Part shown: piece by piece, positions 14,901-27,845 of the stretch
How the letters are laid out: each line of letters opens with the position of its first letter
How positions within the stretch are numbered: position 1 is the first letter of the stretch
NCBI GenBank assembly: GCA_951406725.2
Contig: OX597820.1
Coordinates: forward strand, 54,684,001 to 54,748,000
Direction of reading: 5' to 3'
DNA from: Octopus vulgaris
Lineage: Eukaryota
Length of the DNA stretch: 64,000 nt
The notes under the pieces: model-generated
What the model was told of the DNA's origin: nothing
What the model saw: the letters and a program-made list of their open reading frames with translations, nothing else
Databases searched by the model: none
Made by a program: the position numbers and the translations under genes

Positions 14901-15340
14901 CTGTGAGTGCTATGCATAAGGCTTGATTGCATGCGACAAAGTCTCTCAGGAACGGGACTTTTGTCCTGTTACTGTGTGTTAGTAGTCCTCTGATGTTCAG
15001 TAGGAGCATCGAGGTGAGGTGTATGCTGTTGCCGGCGGTGTCCACCCTGGGTCCATCTGCTGTGGCGGTCTTGTGAACCGTGGGCAGTTCCATCTGCGAG
15101 CCTGAGCCTGATGGAGCCAGGTTAGCTGCTGTACAATCTTTTGTGCCATGCACAAAAAAGATTCCTGCTCAGCAGCTGCCCTTTCAACAACACGTTGGTG
15201 GTTTGTGGTACGCACCACATCTGCGTACCTCCGTTTTGGGGCAGGTGATGCGTGGTCCATCCCATTTCCTTTCGGTGGTTGGTTTCTGTGGCAGGGTCCC
15301 GGATGTGCAAAGCGGCAGCCTGCACCTTCCTCTCCATGCC
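11974..15340 (-). mobile_element. 5'-truncated CR1/L2-group non-LTR retrotransposon in ADH intron 2
   Basis: ORF1 remnant with CCCH-like CRHG..GAGCRFAHP, long ORF2, (AATC)n tail at 11974-11992, GGCATG repeated on both flanks (11968-11973 and 15341-15346). Confidence 0.93.
12061..15153 (-). CDS. LINE ORF2: APE endonuclease plus reverse transcriptase (1030-aa open frame; true start uncertain)
   Basis: LNIRGL, LTETHL, YRPP, GDFN, LDL and SDH endonuclease motifs; YRPISL, QHGFR, YLDFAKAFDKV, GVPQG, YADD and DLGI RT motifs. Confidence 0.92.
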   Translation of the reverse strand: MHGTKDCTAANLAPSGSGSQMELPTVHKTATADGPRVDTAGNSIHLTSMLLLNIRGLLTHSNRTKVPFLRDFVACNQALCIALTETHLKPDIADAELHIPQYVVLRTDRKERSHGGVAMYIRGDLTPQVLLSYSNSVCDTLIVHIRQLDVVVCATYRPPDAPSHMGKFEDCLLKIEVLTTLEQHISVLLMGDFNLPNVRWPEGLSLPGMTRCERGQARSLLNLTNTLYMEQVILQPTRAGNTLDLCFTNNMDLIHNVKVTPTLLSDHNMVELTMYGPKESTDMQPTRNPQNLSSLNFNKANWKQIEKEILKQNWPECLSSPDIDMILQQFMSVMQAICYKCVPERKATVHKNKIPRERKILMRRRTKISNRLNKQIESSEKSRLKIKLLEIENCLQLSHEKERADKEAWAIDNIKTNPRAFYRYAKETATVHCRIGPLLEKDGTLTGKPMRVSEILNEQFKSVFTPPLGHFQISNPTDFFTTADIESEAATINYIDIKEDDVIKAIDEMKIDSAIGPDGFPAILLKVCKRVLARPLQFLFQSFLAAGKLPRKLKEGKICPIHKGGSRAEAKNYRPISLTSHISKVMERIVRRKLITFLEENDLLPDTQHGFRPGRSCLTQLLQHYDWVLKQLLNHSNVEVIYLDFAKAFDKVDHGMICHKLRDLGIVGKLGEWLHDFLKNRSQVVVANGATSISTQIVSGVPQGTVLGPLLFIMALSDMPSATRRATITSYADDTKVSQAIQNPEDTRHLQYELDEIYKWAEKNSMQFNAEKFQALYYQHAKLNAIPKEYTGPGGIAIPEAQSVRDLGIHMSDDVTFHVHVAKLTMKCRRLAGWILRTREQETMMVLWKTLVLSHFDYCSQLWSPSSVKLITELEAIQRSYTKKIASMQNVSYWERLKRLKLYSLERRRERYAIIYIWKILEGSVLNFGIESYANARTGRHCVVPRTPNLPSRCRTRFCDSLGFRGPQLFNILPKNLRDLHGVDTDVFKMELDLFPSGVPDEPTSRQEGQMRAAASNSLMHQIAVARKPP

Positions 15341-15374
15341 GGCATGCTAACAATTCTACCAAATCACCACCTTA

Positions 15375-15503
<129 letters not shown>

Positions 15504-16188
15504 CTACATGAAAAAAAAATATATATAATTAAAAATTTATGTTTCGTGCTATCTAATTATTGCACCCCTAATCTAATATAACCAACCATCACAAGAACAT
15601 AATTAGGTGCAAATGTTTTATTGCATTTGACTTTATTTTTTTTTTTCCTATGAATTATTGAGAAAAGCAAAGACAGCTCCCATAACCTGTTGCAGGGCCT
15701 CCAAGGCTAATGGGAGGAAGGAGAAGAAGAAACAACATAATGGGTTGCTGCAGTAGTAAGCAGCACATGTACATGATATTTTAGATTATTGATGTCAGAG
15801 TGCTGAAAGGAAATGTCAACTCCAGAATGTAAAGTAATAAAACTAAATTTGGTAAGATATTTAATGCGAAAGTTTACCATTTCTGCAAACACTGTAGAAA
15901 ATTAATATACAATGTAGCCTTGAAGCAGATATTTATAGTAAACAATAACTGGAATATCTCAAACACACTATATCTTTGCACAATGCTCACAAATCTATTC
16001 ATCAGCGTTGTTTGAATGTCCACTTTTCCATGCTCACATTGGTCAAACCAGAATGAGGAAGATTTTTCTATAGCTAGATACCAACTCTCACCTGTTTCCA
16101 AATAAGGTAATATTTCCTTAAGCTAGACATTGCAACTATCACACAAAGTCAAGATAAGGAGACAGTAACATATGCATACACTCACACA

Positions 16189-16232
<44 letters not shown>

Positions 16233-16369
16233 TTAGGGCATTCAGTCATAGAAACCATGCCAAATCAGACTGGAGCCTGGTGCAGCTCTCCAGCTTACCA
16301 GTTAGTCAAACTGTCTGATCCATGCCAGCATGGAAAGCAGACACTAAATGATTATGGTGTAGCAGCACC

Positions 16370-18385
16370 ATAGTCAACTTCTACAAAGGTAAAGATGATG
16401 CCTTAGATAGAAATAATTAGAGGTATCAAAATGTTGGGTCAGCAGATGAAAGTTGTGGAGTCATTGCCCATCTAATCAGGTTGAGAGTTAGTCTAGATGA
16501 GATGCAGTTTGGCTTTGTGCCAGATAGAAGCATCACTGATGCTATATTTCTGGTAAGGCAACTTTAGGAGAAATACCTAGCCAAAGATAAACCTTTGTAC
16601 TTGTCTTTTGTTGACTCGGAGAAAACTTTTGACAGAGTCCTCTGATCCGGCATCTGGTAATCAATGCAGAAACTAGGGATAGCTGAGTGATTGGTGAGAG
16701 CTGTACAAGCCTTGTAGAGGGACGCTACCAGTAAGATGAAGATGAGCAATGAGTACAGCAAAGAATTCAGGGTACAAGTAGGGGTTCACCAAGGATCACT
16801 ACTCAACTCCCTCCAGGCAAAAACAGAGAAGACAGGCTGCTCCTGGGAGTTTCTCTATGCTGATGACTTTGCTCTTATATGTGAATCACTACCTGAGCTA
16901 GAGAAAAAATTCCAGGTATGGAAACAAGGTTTAGAATCAAAGGGCCATAGAGTTAACCTAGCAAAAACCAAAGTCATAGTAAGTAGGAAGGCAGACAAAT
17001 CACAAATCCCCTCGGGTAAATGGCCCTACTCAATCTGTAAAAAAGTTGTATGTAGAAACTCCATAAGATGCACCCAGTGTAAGCTTTGGACACACAAAAG
17101 GTGCAGCAACATCAAAGGAAGGTTAACAGAGAAACTAATTTTTGTATGTGGAAGGTGCACAGGCATAATAAAATGCTGAACATGTGTGGAAAATATATTC
17201 CATCAAATGCCAGGGAGGCAAGCTAGAGGTGGTAGATAGCTTCCAGTATCTAGGCAACCAGGTTAGTAGTGAAAGAGGTTGTTCCAAGAGCTGTGAGAAT
17301 AAGATTAGGCTGGGCAAAGTTCAGAGAGCTCCTATCTCTACTAGCAACAAAGGATTCTCTCTCAGAGTGAAAGGCAGATTGTTTGATGCCTGTGTGCAAA
17401 CAGCTATGATGCATGGCAGTGAAACGTGGGCTATGACAGCCAAAGACATCTGTAGACTAGAAATGAAGCCAGTATGCTTTGCCGGATGTGCAATGGCAGT
17501 GTGCATGTTCAACAGAGTGAAAGCATCTTGAGAGAAAAATTAGGCATAAGAAGAATCAGATGTGGTGCGCAAGAGAGACAACTGTGCTGGTGTGGTCATG
17601 TGATGCATATGGACGAGGACAGTTGTGTAAGGAAGTGCCGATCTCTAACTGTGGAGGGGTCCTGTGGTAGAGGTAGACCCAGGAATACATAGGATGAGGT
17701 GGTGAAGCATGACCTTCAAACATTGAACCTCACAAAGGCAATGAATATTGACTGAGACCTTTGGCGATGTGCTCTGCTTAAGAGGACCCGTCAAGCCAAG
17801 TGCACTTGTACTGGTGGCATATCTAAAAAAAAACCTTTTAACAGGCTTCACAGAGGCGAAGCAGCCAAGTTACTTTCGAGCGTTGGGCTTCACAGAGGCA
17901 AGGCGGCCGAGTTCCTTTCGAGCATTGGGCCTCACAGATGCGAGGCGGCTGAGTTCCTTTCGAGCGGGCCTCACAGAGGCAAGGTGACAGAGTTCCTTTC
18001 AAGCGCGCCTCACAGAATCGAGGTGGCCAAGTTCCTTTCGGGCAGGCCTCATGGAGGCAAAGTGGCCGAGCTCCTTTAGAGTGCTGGGCCTCACAAAGAC
18101 AATAACCAAGACCTTCAGCATTATGTTGTGCTTGAGAAGACTCATCAAGCTGAGCAAAATCGTAGTCGTACCAGCTACTGGTGTCACACAAATAGCACTC
18201 GTGCCAGTAGCATGTAAAAGCACCCATTACATTCTCAGAGTGGTTGGTATTAGGAAGGTCATCCAGCCATAGAAAACCATGCCAAATCAGACTGGATCCT
18301 GGCTCAGCCTTCCAGTGTGCCAGACCAGTCAAACCATCTAACCCATGCCAGCATGGACAACGGAAATTAAATGACGATGATAATA
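16370..18385 (+). mobile_element. Decayed 5'-truncated RTE-clade LINE (RT remnants with stops and frameshifts, 3'UTR, (ATG)n tail), antisense in ADH intron 1
   Basis: QFGFVP, FVDSEKTFDRV, VGVHQGS, LYADD, cys-rich CTQCKLWTHKRCS..CGRC, FQYLG, HGSETW, RGRP motifs. Confidence 0.88.
17844..18110 (+). repeat. Tandem array of ~6.5 units of 39-42 bp inside the RTE 3' region
   Basis: Unit ~ggcctcacagaggcaaggcggccgagttcctttcgagc(gttg), contiguous with no spacers. Confidence 0.9.
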
Positions 18386-21300
18386 TGACAGAGTTTTTTT
18401 CAGTTTCCATCCACCAAATCTACTGACAAGTGTTTGGTTGGTCTGGGGCTAGAGTAGAATTGGCCAAAGTGTCAGACAGTGGGACTAAACCCAAAACCAT
18501 GTGATTAGAAAACACTTCTTACCCACACAATCATACCTGCACCCAACATAAAAAATTTTTTTAAGTCAATAAATTGACTTCATGTTGTCTTATTCTTAAC
18601 TGAAGAGGACCGAGCTTCTAAGCCATGGCTTTGTTCAGTCCATGAATGAAGCCATTTTCAACCTACATCTCTAATTCTCATGGAAAATGCCTGAATATCC
18701 CACATTATATTCTCCAGTTACAAATTATGAAGCTTTAACCCTTTAACGTTTAAACTGACCAAATCCAACCAAAATATTCTATTGGGTTTTAAAATTTAAT
18801 CCAGTCAAATTGGGTCTCTCACACCTACAATGACATTCTAAAAATATAAAATCACACCATTAAAATCTCAAAGATACAAGACAATGCTTGATTAATTCAA
18901 AACAATGTCAATAAATAGGAATTATAATACAATTTAATCTGAATTCTAAAAGGTTTAACATCTAATCAAACAGAAACCAATCTTATGTGTGTATTCTCTA
19001 AAAAACAACTTGTTCACATTGCACCAATTATTTCTACAATTGGGCCAAAACCACAACATAAACCACCATATATCAACCCTGAAATGGTATGAAAAGTCAA
19101 ATAAGAGAAGATTTATATTAGAAGTCAAAGAGATTAGTCGTTGTCTGGACTGCATTAGTAAAAAGAAATTAGCTCATAGTAGTTGATAAAGTAAAGAAAT
19201 TTAACATTCCAGTACACTAACACTCCATATCTTGGACTTTAAGCTCAGCATTACTTTGATATCACTAAAGCTTTAAAAGTAAATAGGAGTACTGGTTGTT
19301 CCAACAAACACCCTTCCACACACAGAGCTCTCCCTTTCTCCCTCTCTCTCTCTTTAGCCTGCTTATAAGTTAATACTTTAAATCCATTTCTAAAAATCAA
19401 AGTCTTTATGCAAACTTATTTATATACTGTGCAAATAACCACAGAAAAGTACAAGTCAACGAAGGAATCTACATGATCACTCAACCTGCTAGAAATAGCA
19501 ATCAAATGTTTTTTGTTTTTTTTAACTTACAGTTATTTTATTGTCAGAACACATTAGATAATGTAGCCCTACAAACTCTTGAAAGTAGCAAGGTTACTAT
19601 TGGAATACCTTTGCTGGAGGCTCTTCTCAGTCAGAGGTCACCAGGGTCTCAATAACCCTTACTTTCATTCTAAGTTGAAAAGCAGTCAAAGTACTAGGAC
19701 AATATTTTGTACCTTATGTGAGGACATCTTGCACAAGGATCTATTCTTGGTCCCTTATTTATTGCATACATTAATGAAACACATGCCAACTTGGAGCATA
19801 TTCCTGTGTTAAAATACACAGACGACATTAGACTGTACCTCTATAACCCACAAGAGGAAACATGTGGGTCTAAAAATTGAAGGGGAACAAATCTCAAAGC
19901 TGTGTTCCATTTTATTTTGGTGCACTTAGAACCACAACAATCACAGTCAATCAGTCATCATCACTCAATGTCTCGTTTTCCATGTTTGCATGGGTCAGAC
20001 AGAATTTGTTGAGGCAGACTTTCTAGTCAGATGACGGTCTTGCCACAAACTCCAAGCAAGATAATATTTCCTTATGGCTGGACATGTTTTCATGAAAGTT
20101 GGAAACTGATGACACTGCTTGTATGATAATGATGCTCATAAATGATAAACAGATAATGCCAAGTTAAGGAAACACAATATATACACATCCATGCACATAC
20201 ATGTATGATGATCTGCTTTCAGTTTCCATCTACTAAATCCATTAATTAGACATTGGTTGGCCCCTAACATACCACTCAGTGGGACTGAACTTGAAACCAT
20301 GTTATTGGGAAACAAACTTCTTAACCACAAAAGCATGCCTGGTGCCTATGAGCCTGTTTATATATCAATCAGTATCCAAAATATTTATTCTGGTGATGTG
20401 GATTTGGCAAGCAAGCAGAGAAAATGTAGACAAGAGGACATTTTAGTGTTGCTGAGGTCAGGACCCTTCTCTAGTGCTGATGCCACAATAAAATACACCC
20501 AGTACACTTGTAAAGTCATTGGTATTAGGAAGGACCTCCAGCTATAGAAACCATATCAAAAGTGGAATGTACAAACAGAGTTACTCTCCTAAATGGATTA
20601 GGAATAAGATGAGTGGTCCCCAACCTACCTAAGAGAACAGTAAATCTGAACAAGAACTTGCAAAAATTCTGAATCCACATAGCCTATGCCAGCATGCAAA
20701 GCAGACATATGATCTTGATGATGAAGCATACAAGAAAAATAGCCTACAAGCAAAGCTGGAAACACTATGTGTAGTTAATTTCTTTATTTTACTATATATT
20801 ACATTAATTTTGATGGACAGAGTTACAAGAGAATATTTCAGTTAATAATTATTAGAGCTACCTTTTAGGTATCCATGAATATTAATCTCATTAAATTTTC
20901 TATGAATCTATGATCTTGTTACTAAAATAAACACCCATTATTGTATAGAATCCAAAGTTCAAATCCTGTCTTGGAAGGCAGACAGGGAATTTTATCTTCC
21001 GATGTTCCAGAGTTTTCAAAACAAACAATTCGTCAACTACTTGGATCAATATAATTCCCTCTTCTTTTCCAACTAAAATCAATGACTGACTAAGAAATGG
21101 TTTATTGTATTGAATGTATGTATACTACTATATGTTATTGCTGTTAAATGAAGTCTGACAACTTCTGCTCCCACATCTGGAACAGTACTGCCACATGCAC
21201 ATACATCATAGACCACATTTACAAGAATGCTGTTTTGACTGACTAGCAAAAAATCACTCAGAACTGCAAATGTTTCCTGTCTGTCATATTCTATTACTGC

Positions 21301-24300
21301 TATAATTATTAAAACTAGCCTGCTGCATGCCTCTTCAGCCCAGATCCAGTCATCAACACATAACTCCTCCCCACAACTGCAACCCTTGAGGAGGGGGAGG
21401 TTTAGCTTTTTTTTACAGACATTAACCTACAAACACTGAAACTGAACATCACAGTCCTACCGGTCAAACAATGCAGCCAGTTCATCTGTTATGTCTATAT
21501 TCTACAAATGACTAATGGTGAGGAAGAACAACATATTCTCAAGGAATTGCTGTGGATGATGTTACAGAGGGCTACCTGCAATTTATGTTTCCCAGTAGTC
21601 AATATTTTCCTGCATATCTTTGTCAATTATTTTTAATGTTTACTTTCTCCATGCTGATACATATATAACAAAACATCTTCAGGTAGCATTCATTAGCCAG
21701 GTGCCCTTTCTTGATACCAACCTTAGAGTACTGCAATTCCACTGGTCTTTGCACATTGAATCACTGAGCTTTAGAATATATTGACTGTGGAGATAGCATA
21801 AATAAATGTCACTGCTGCTTAAATCTCCATGTACCTTCATATGGAGACAAAGATGCATAGATATAACATACTTATGACAGGCTTCTGTACAGTTTCCATC
21901 TATCAGATTTCACTCATAAGGCATTGGTCACAGTCCGAGGCTGTAAAACAAGATGCCCAAGATGCCAAACAATGGGATTGAACCTGAAACTATGTGGTTG
22001 CAAAGCATACAATATAACTCTGTCATGCTATGTTCCCACTTTAATAGGAATAGGTTAAATGTTTTCTCTGTCAGATTCCTGGTAAAGCAGCAATGAACAA
22101 CACATGTAGTAAAAGAGGATGCAGCCAATTCTGTCCATTAGTTTGCCTGAAATTGTTACTCTTGAGCTGTGTACACAACTATTTATTTTTTGCTCAGGAG
22201 CCCAGATGGAGAGTAAAGTTAGATACAGGGGCCCCAGGCCTGAGAGTATTACCCACACTGTCATGTCTACATCTATGAAATATTGAAATGTATTCAGTCT
22301 AATGTTCTTGCTCAACTACGTCTAAATGATTTTAAACAATTAGTTAAATCATACTCTTTGTGCATGTGTATATGACAGTAGATTATTAGGCCTTAACTTA
22401 GTACAGTAACCTCTTTTAAATACTATTAGATTTTGTCTTTTTTAGATCTTAAATTAGGTTATCAGTAATGACCTACATGTGAGACACACCATCATGTCTA
22501 GCATATTCTTAAGTATTTGTCTAGCATAGACACATTTTCATAGATGTTGAGGCAAAGGCTGTGTGGCTCTGTCGTGAAGAAGTTTGTTTTGTAATCATGT
22601 GGATTCAGGATCAAGTCCACAGTGGCCTTGATCTTGGACAAGTGTCTGTTATAACCTCAGATGGGAGCTAAAGTGTGTGTGTGTGCTTGAGAGAGAGAGA
22701 ATGTGTTTGTGTGCACTTGCAGGTGTGTTTGTCTTCACTAGTCTTTGCATTGCACTCACTTGAGCAGACATTTATGTCCCACAGGCAATTCAACATGCCA
22801 AGACAAGTGAAATAAAGTACCTTACGTGAAAAGAAATGTTGGTAACAGGAAGAGCATCTAGCTATAAAACACTACCTTAAAAAGTACCATCCAACCCATG
22901 CCAGCATGGGGAAAGAGGGTGTAAAAATCATAATCCTGAAGTTCTGGTTGCAACCCGTTTCTTAGTGTCCCTATATATATATATATAGTACATTATATCA
23001 TACTCTCCTAGTGTATAACATTCCCCTATTATACACTAGTCCCAGTGTATGAGCAAATATACAGGGTAATCTTGTCCTAAATATATATGCTAGAAAAGAA
23101 AATGAGAGATCATAGCCTTGATAGCGGTCAAATAAAAGGGTTATGTACAACATCTCACAAAGGACCAGGAGATGTGGTGATTTGCTGTACTTGATAAGCT
23201 ACGTCAAGCTAAGTAAAAATCACTGTCTTCCACATACACAGGCTTGTCCTTTCAGATGCTGGTGCCACTTAAAAAGCGCCCATGCTGGTGCTGCGTTAAC
23301 ACACCCGTGCTGGTGGGATCTAAAAAGCACCCAGCACATTCTTGAGTGGTTGGTGTTAAGAAGGGCATCCAGTCGTAGAAACCATGCCACAACAGACAGT
23401 TGAAATCTGGACAGCTCCCTGCTAGACAGCTCTATGTCAAACCGTCCAACCCATGCCAACATGGAAAGCAGATAAATGATGATGATTGTTGCTGTTGTTT
23501 AACTCCAAGTAAAGCTTGATTGAACAAACCTATCAAATGAAGACCCCCCCCCAACCATCTTTTTGTCTTTCCATATATTTATGACTACATGGCATGACAG
23601 TGTGGTTGGGAAGTTTGCTTTCCAAACCACATGGTTCCAGGTTCAGTTCCACTGTATGACATCTTGGGCAAATGTCTTCACTATAGTCCTGGATCAACCA
23701 AAGCCTTATGAATGGACTTAGTAAATGGAAACTGAAAGAAGCCCGTCATGTATGTGCATTTATGTCTCGTCTTGACAGCACAGGATTGTTATGAGTATCA
23801 TTGTCATACAAACAGTAACATTCATTTCCAATATTCTGCAAAAACATGTCTAGCCATGGGGAAATACCTTGCTTACAGAGAGTTGGCAACCAGAAGGGCA
23901 TCTGGTTGTAGAAAATCTGCCTCAAATTCCATCTGACCCATCCAAAAGTAGATGCTATGATGATGATGATGATCCACCATGACCTTCCTTAAGATAGAGG
24001 GGTTTGATTTGATGATGATTTAACTGTTCGTTTGTTTGATTTTGCTTTTTCCTAACAGGTCAAGCAACCACACTGAGGCTCTCACTTAGCTGCAATGTTA
24101 CTTATTTGCTATATATATAGGTTAAACAATATCACACATTCTGTACACGTGTTAAGTGATAGTCACACATTACATACATATGGTCAGTCACGTTTTGTGT
24201 AGCACCAATTTTTATCTTGACACTTAAAAGTGCCTTTCAGGAAAGAAAGGCTCAAAGTCCAAGCAAACAAAACATTACATCACCTCCCATATGATACTTT

Positions 24301-24798
24301 TTTTTACCTTTTTTTTAAAAAAAAGGTATACACACAATATTAATCCTATACTTTCTGTGAACCTAATTTCATAATCTCTCATGTGAATGCAGTACTACTG
24401 GGTTATTCATGTTCAAATTGAGAACACACCAATTTGTTAAAGCAACTAATAAGGCCAAAGAGGGAGTTATATGATTGTTCAATATGCTAGAAATAGAAGC
24501 CAAATATCTCACAAACCATACTCTACTATCTCAGGCTAAATGACAGCATCATCTCTTTTAGCAATGAAATGCATCTCTGCCATGAATGCTTAGTTTCTGT
24601 AGTGGCCCACTGTCTAGTCTAGAAAGGAACTAATAGGTATCATAAAGGATCAAGTACCAGTGAGATGATACAGTTAACCTTTCCAAATGAGTGAATAAGG
24701 GGTGAATCACACTATAAGGATTTCATCACCACCTGTCAATAAATAACTAATTTAATCATCCTTTTTTTTCTTTCTTTCACTGGTTTTAGTTATTAGAT

Positions 24799-25174
24799 CA
24801 GAGTTTCTCAACCGGGGTTCCTCCAGAACCCTAGGATTCCACAAGAAAGAGCGAGATATACTAATGCTAATTTCATGACTTTAATATCACTGTATATGCA
24901 CAACATATTACTAGTTATTGTAATAAAGACATCATCCTAGCTAACCTATTATGTTATCAAAAAATATAACAACCACATATTTATTTATTTATCTAGTTTC
25001 AGCTCACTAGCTGTGGCCATGCTGGGGCACCGCCATTGTATATATATTTACCACATGAACTATGATGAAAAAAACACAAGATATGGTATATATTTTTTTT
25101 TTTGTGCAGGGTTTCCTTGAGACATGTAATTTGTTTTAAGGGTTACACAAGGGTAAAAAGGTTGAGAAACACTG
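24799..25174. mobile_element. hAT-type MITE containing a ~45-bp 3' tip of the CR1-group LINE (~24980-25038)
   Basis: cagagtttctcaacc ... ggttgagaaacactg TIRs; imperfect 8-bp flanks (tattagat/cattaggc); the insert is nearly identical to 11994-12037. Confidence 0.7.
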
Positions 25175-25276
25175 CATTAGGCTGTAGCCATACTGGGGCA
25201 TTGACTTCAATTTTTTTTTGTGAGATTTGGCTGTTATTTCTAGCATGTGGCCAGCCTGCTTGAAGGCCTTGGGTAC

Positions 25277-25307
<31 letters not shown>

Positions 25308-25781
25308 GGCTGTAGCCATACTGGGGCATTACAGTTGATCATAGCTACCCCAGTACTTATTTTATTACTCTCTATTTGTCAAACTTCCTAGAGGACATGA
25401 GAAACATTGGTTTTTAGACCAATGTAAACATAAACACATGCACACAAGCTCTTGAAAAGTTTCTGTCTACTAAATCTCACTAATAAAGGTATCGTTCAAC
25501 TCAAGGATGTAGTAGAAAACTACTGGCACAAGATATCCTACACTAGAATTGAACTTCTTAACATAAACATACTGTTAGAAATAATGGTGTGCGTTTCAGT
25601 GACCTTTTTTTTTTTCCAGCAGTTTTAATTTTTTAAAAGAGTAAAATAAAAATTATTCAATTTTTCACAAGACAAAATGCAAGAGTATTATAATATTTAT
25701 ATTATATGTATAACCCATGCTAGCATGGAAAGCGGACGTTAAATGATGATGATGATGATGATATATACACACACACACACA

Positions 25782-26420
25782 CAGGGTGGTGTCAAAAGGT
25801 TCCTGGACTAGTTAGGTTTTATGAAAAGTAACTTATTTACCTAAGTTTGAGCATTATCTCTTGAAATAGTCACCTTGCACAGCAATACACTAGTCCCAGT
25901 GTTCCTGCAACTTCTGGAGTCCGGCCTGGAAGTCATTTTCTGTAAGTGAGTTGAGGACCTTCTGCAATTTGCTCTGGATCTCAAAAACAGTGACCTTTGA
26001 GCTGCATTTTCATCTTGGGGAAGAGATGAAGTCCACAGGTGTTAAAGTGATACGATACTATGTTGTTTTTGGCAAGAAACTCGTGCAGAAAGCTCAGTGA
26101 TGGTACATTGTCATCGTGAAGAATCCAGTTCTTCACACTCCACAGATCTGGCCACTTTCGCTGAATGTCCTCTCTCAAATGCTTCAAAACGTTGCAGTAG
26201 AACTCAATAGTCTAGCCTTAGAGGATGAATCCTCAATGCATAATACTGTGGATGTTGAAAAAACATGATGAGCATGACCTTGATCGAGTTGCAGCTCTGT
26301 CATGACAAAAACTGCAGACTATGGCATACACATGATCACAAAAACACAAATTTCACAACTTGTGAAGTAAACAGTGTTGTCACTCAGCATATTGTGTGCA
26401 ACCATATGTCATCATCTGTT
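25782..26420 (-). mobile_element. Degenerate mariner remnant
   Basis: LREDIQRKWPDLW..WILHDDN..LFPKMKMQLKG transposase fragment; TIR-like gggtggtgtcaaaaggttcctggact. Confidence 0.75.
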
Positions 26421-27130
26421 GGCGTGCTACATGAATTACTGCAGGAAATTACTTTGAAAGAAGTCTTTGCAGAAAGGTGAGTAGATTGATTACATTATGT
26501 TATCGCAGTTTTGTGAGATTTGGCTGTTATTTCTAGCATGTAGCCAGCCTGCTTGAAGGCCTGGGATATATATATATATATATATATAGTTGAAAAATTG
26601 AAATTTTACAAACAAATTTTTTCCAGAATCGTAATCTTCGTATTTTTCAACGTATTTCCCACACAAAAAAAAAATTTCGGAAATAATGGAAAACGAGGGG
26701 ATTGAAATATTGAAAATGCGATTTTTGAAATTTTTTTTTTTTTTTCCAGAATCGGATCCTCCATAACCAAAAATGTGGGATTCCATTAAAAAAAAAATCA
26801 ATATACACCTTCCACGCTGCAATTGTTTTCGTTCCAGCACACGATCTCAGATCAGATCACTTGTTATGCAAGTACATCTCCAATATATATATATCCCTTT
26901 TACCGAAAGTTATGACGGAAAAATCGGATCTTGTGAATTTTCCGAAAGTCCTTCTCCCCACCGGGTTTTGAGAGCAATTTTTTTTTTTTTTTTTCATATT
27001 CGTTTTCTACATAATTGTTAACGCCCAGCAGGCTGACTTGTTTATTTTTGTTCACAGGTGAAGATCTTTATTTTGATCGAATCCAGGACTTCGTGGCTGC
27101 AAAATTGCGCCTACCATGTATAGTATATAT

Positions 27131-27845
27131 CAGTCATGGGCAAAGTGCGGCCTATGGAACTTTCTGAATGGTACAACAACGAAATGTTACCTTGAAATTT
27201 TTCTAGTAGTGCGGCTCGCCTGATGATAAACCAGGTCTCATGCGGCCCACTTCTCGAAAAGAGTTACCCATATCTGCTGTGTAAACTTGTTCCACGTCGT
27301 CGCGTTGTTGTGCTCTCTCTTTGCGTGTTCATTGTTTGGATTAACTATATATCTCGAACGTGAAAGGGTCAACTTACTAAATAGTTATCGTACGTAAATC
27401 GAATTTCTCAGTGGTATGGAAGGTACCTTTTATGGCACGTATTCCACATTGACAAAACCGACAAAACTTGGATTATGAGGAAAAAAAGCCCACCCAGCTG
27501 GTGTTTTGAAAGATACTATAAAATGTGAAATAATTCCGTAGAAAAAGAAAAACGGTTAAATTCCGATTTACATGTGTGGACAGCTATTCCGAAAGTCCGC
27601 CCATTAAAAAAAAAATTCGTGCATAATTCAGCGTATAACGTCAAAACTAGATTCTTATGGGAATAGAAACACATGCGGAAAAAAAGCATTTTAATCCAGG
27701 CATGAGCAGCCTTTTGGGGGAAGTGGGCCGCACCAGACATGGTTCATCATCAAGCAGGTCGCATTACTAAAAAAATATTCAAGGTTAATTTTTCGTTAGG
27801 CATGCGATTCTAAAAGTCATGCGGACCGCAGTTTACCCATAACTG
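27131..27845. mobile_element. hAT-like MITE(s)
   Basis: cagtcatgggcaaagtgcggcc at left; gcggaccgcagtttacccataactg at right (inverted). Confidence 0.55.

Noticed and set aside
17844-18110. CRISPR-like array of ~40-bp repeats
   Set aside because: Units are contiguous with no unique spacers, lie in a LINE 3'UTR in eukaryotic DNA, and there are no cas genes
27058-27120. Plus-strand exon-like segment (cacag|GTGAAGATC...) antisense to ADH intron 1
   Set aside because: The acceptor looks reasonable but the donor is weak, the peptide is unrecognised, and it sits between transposon remnants
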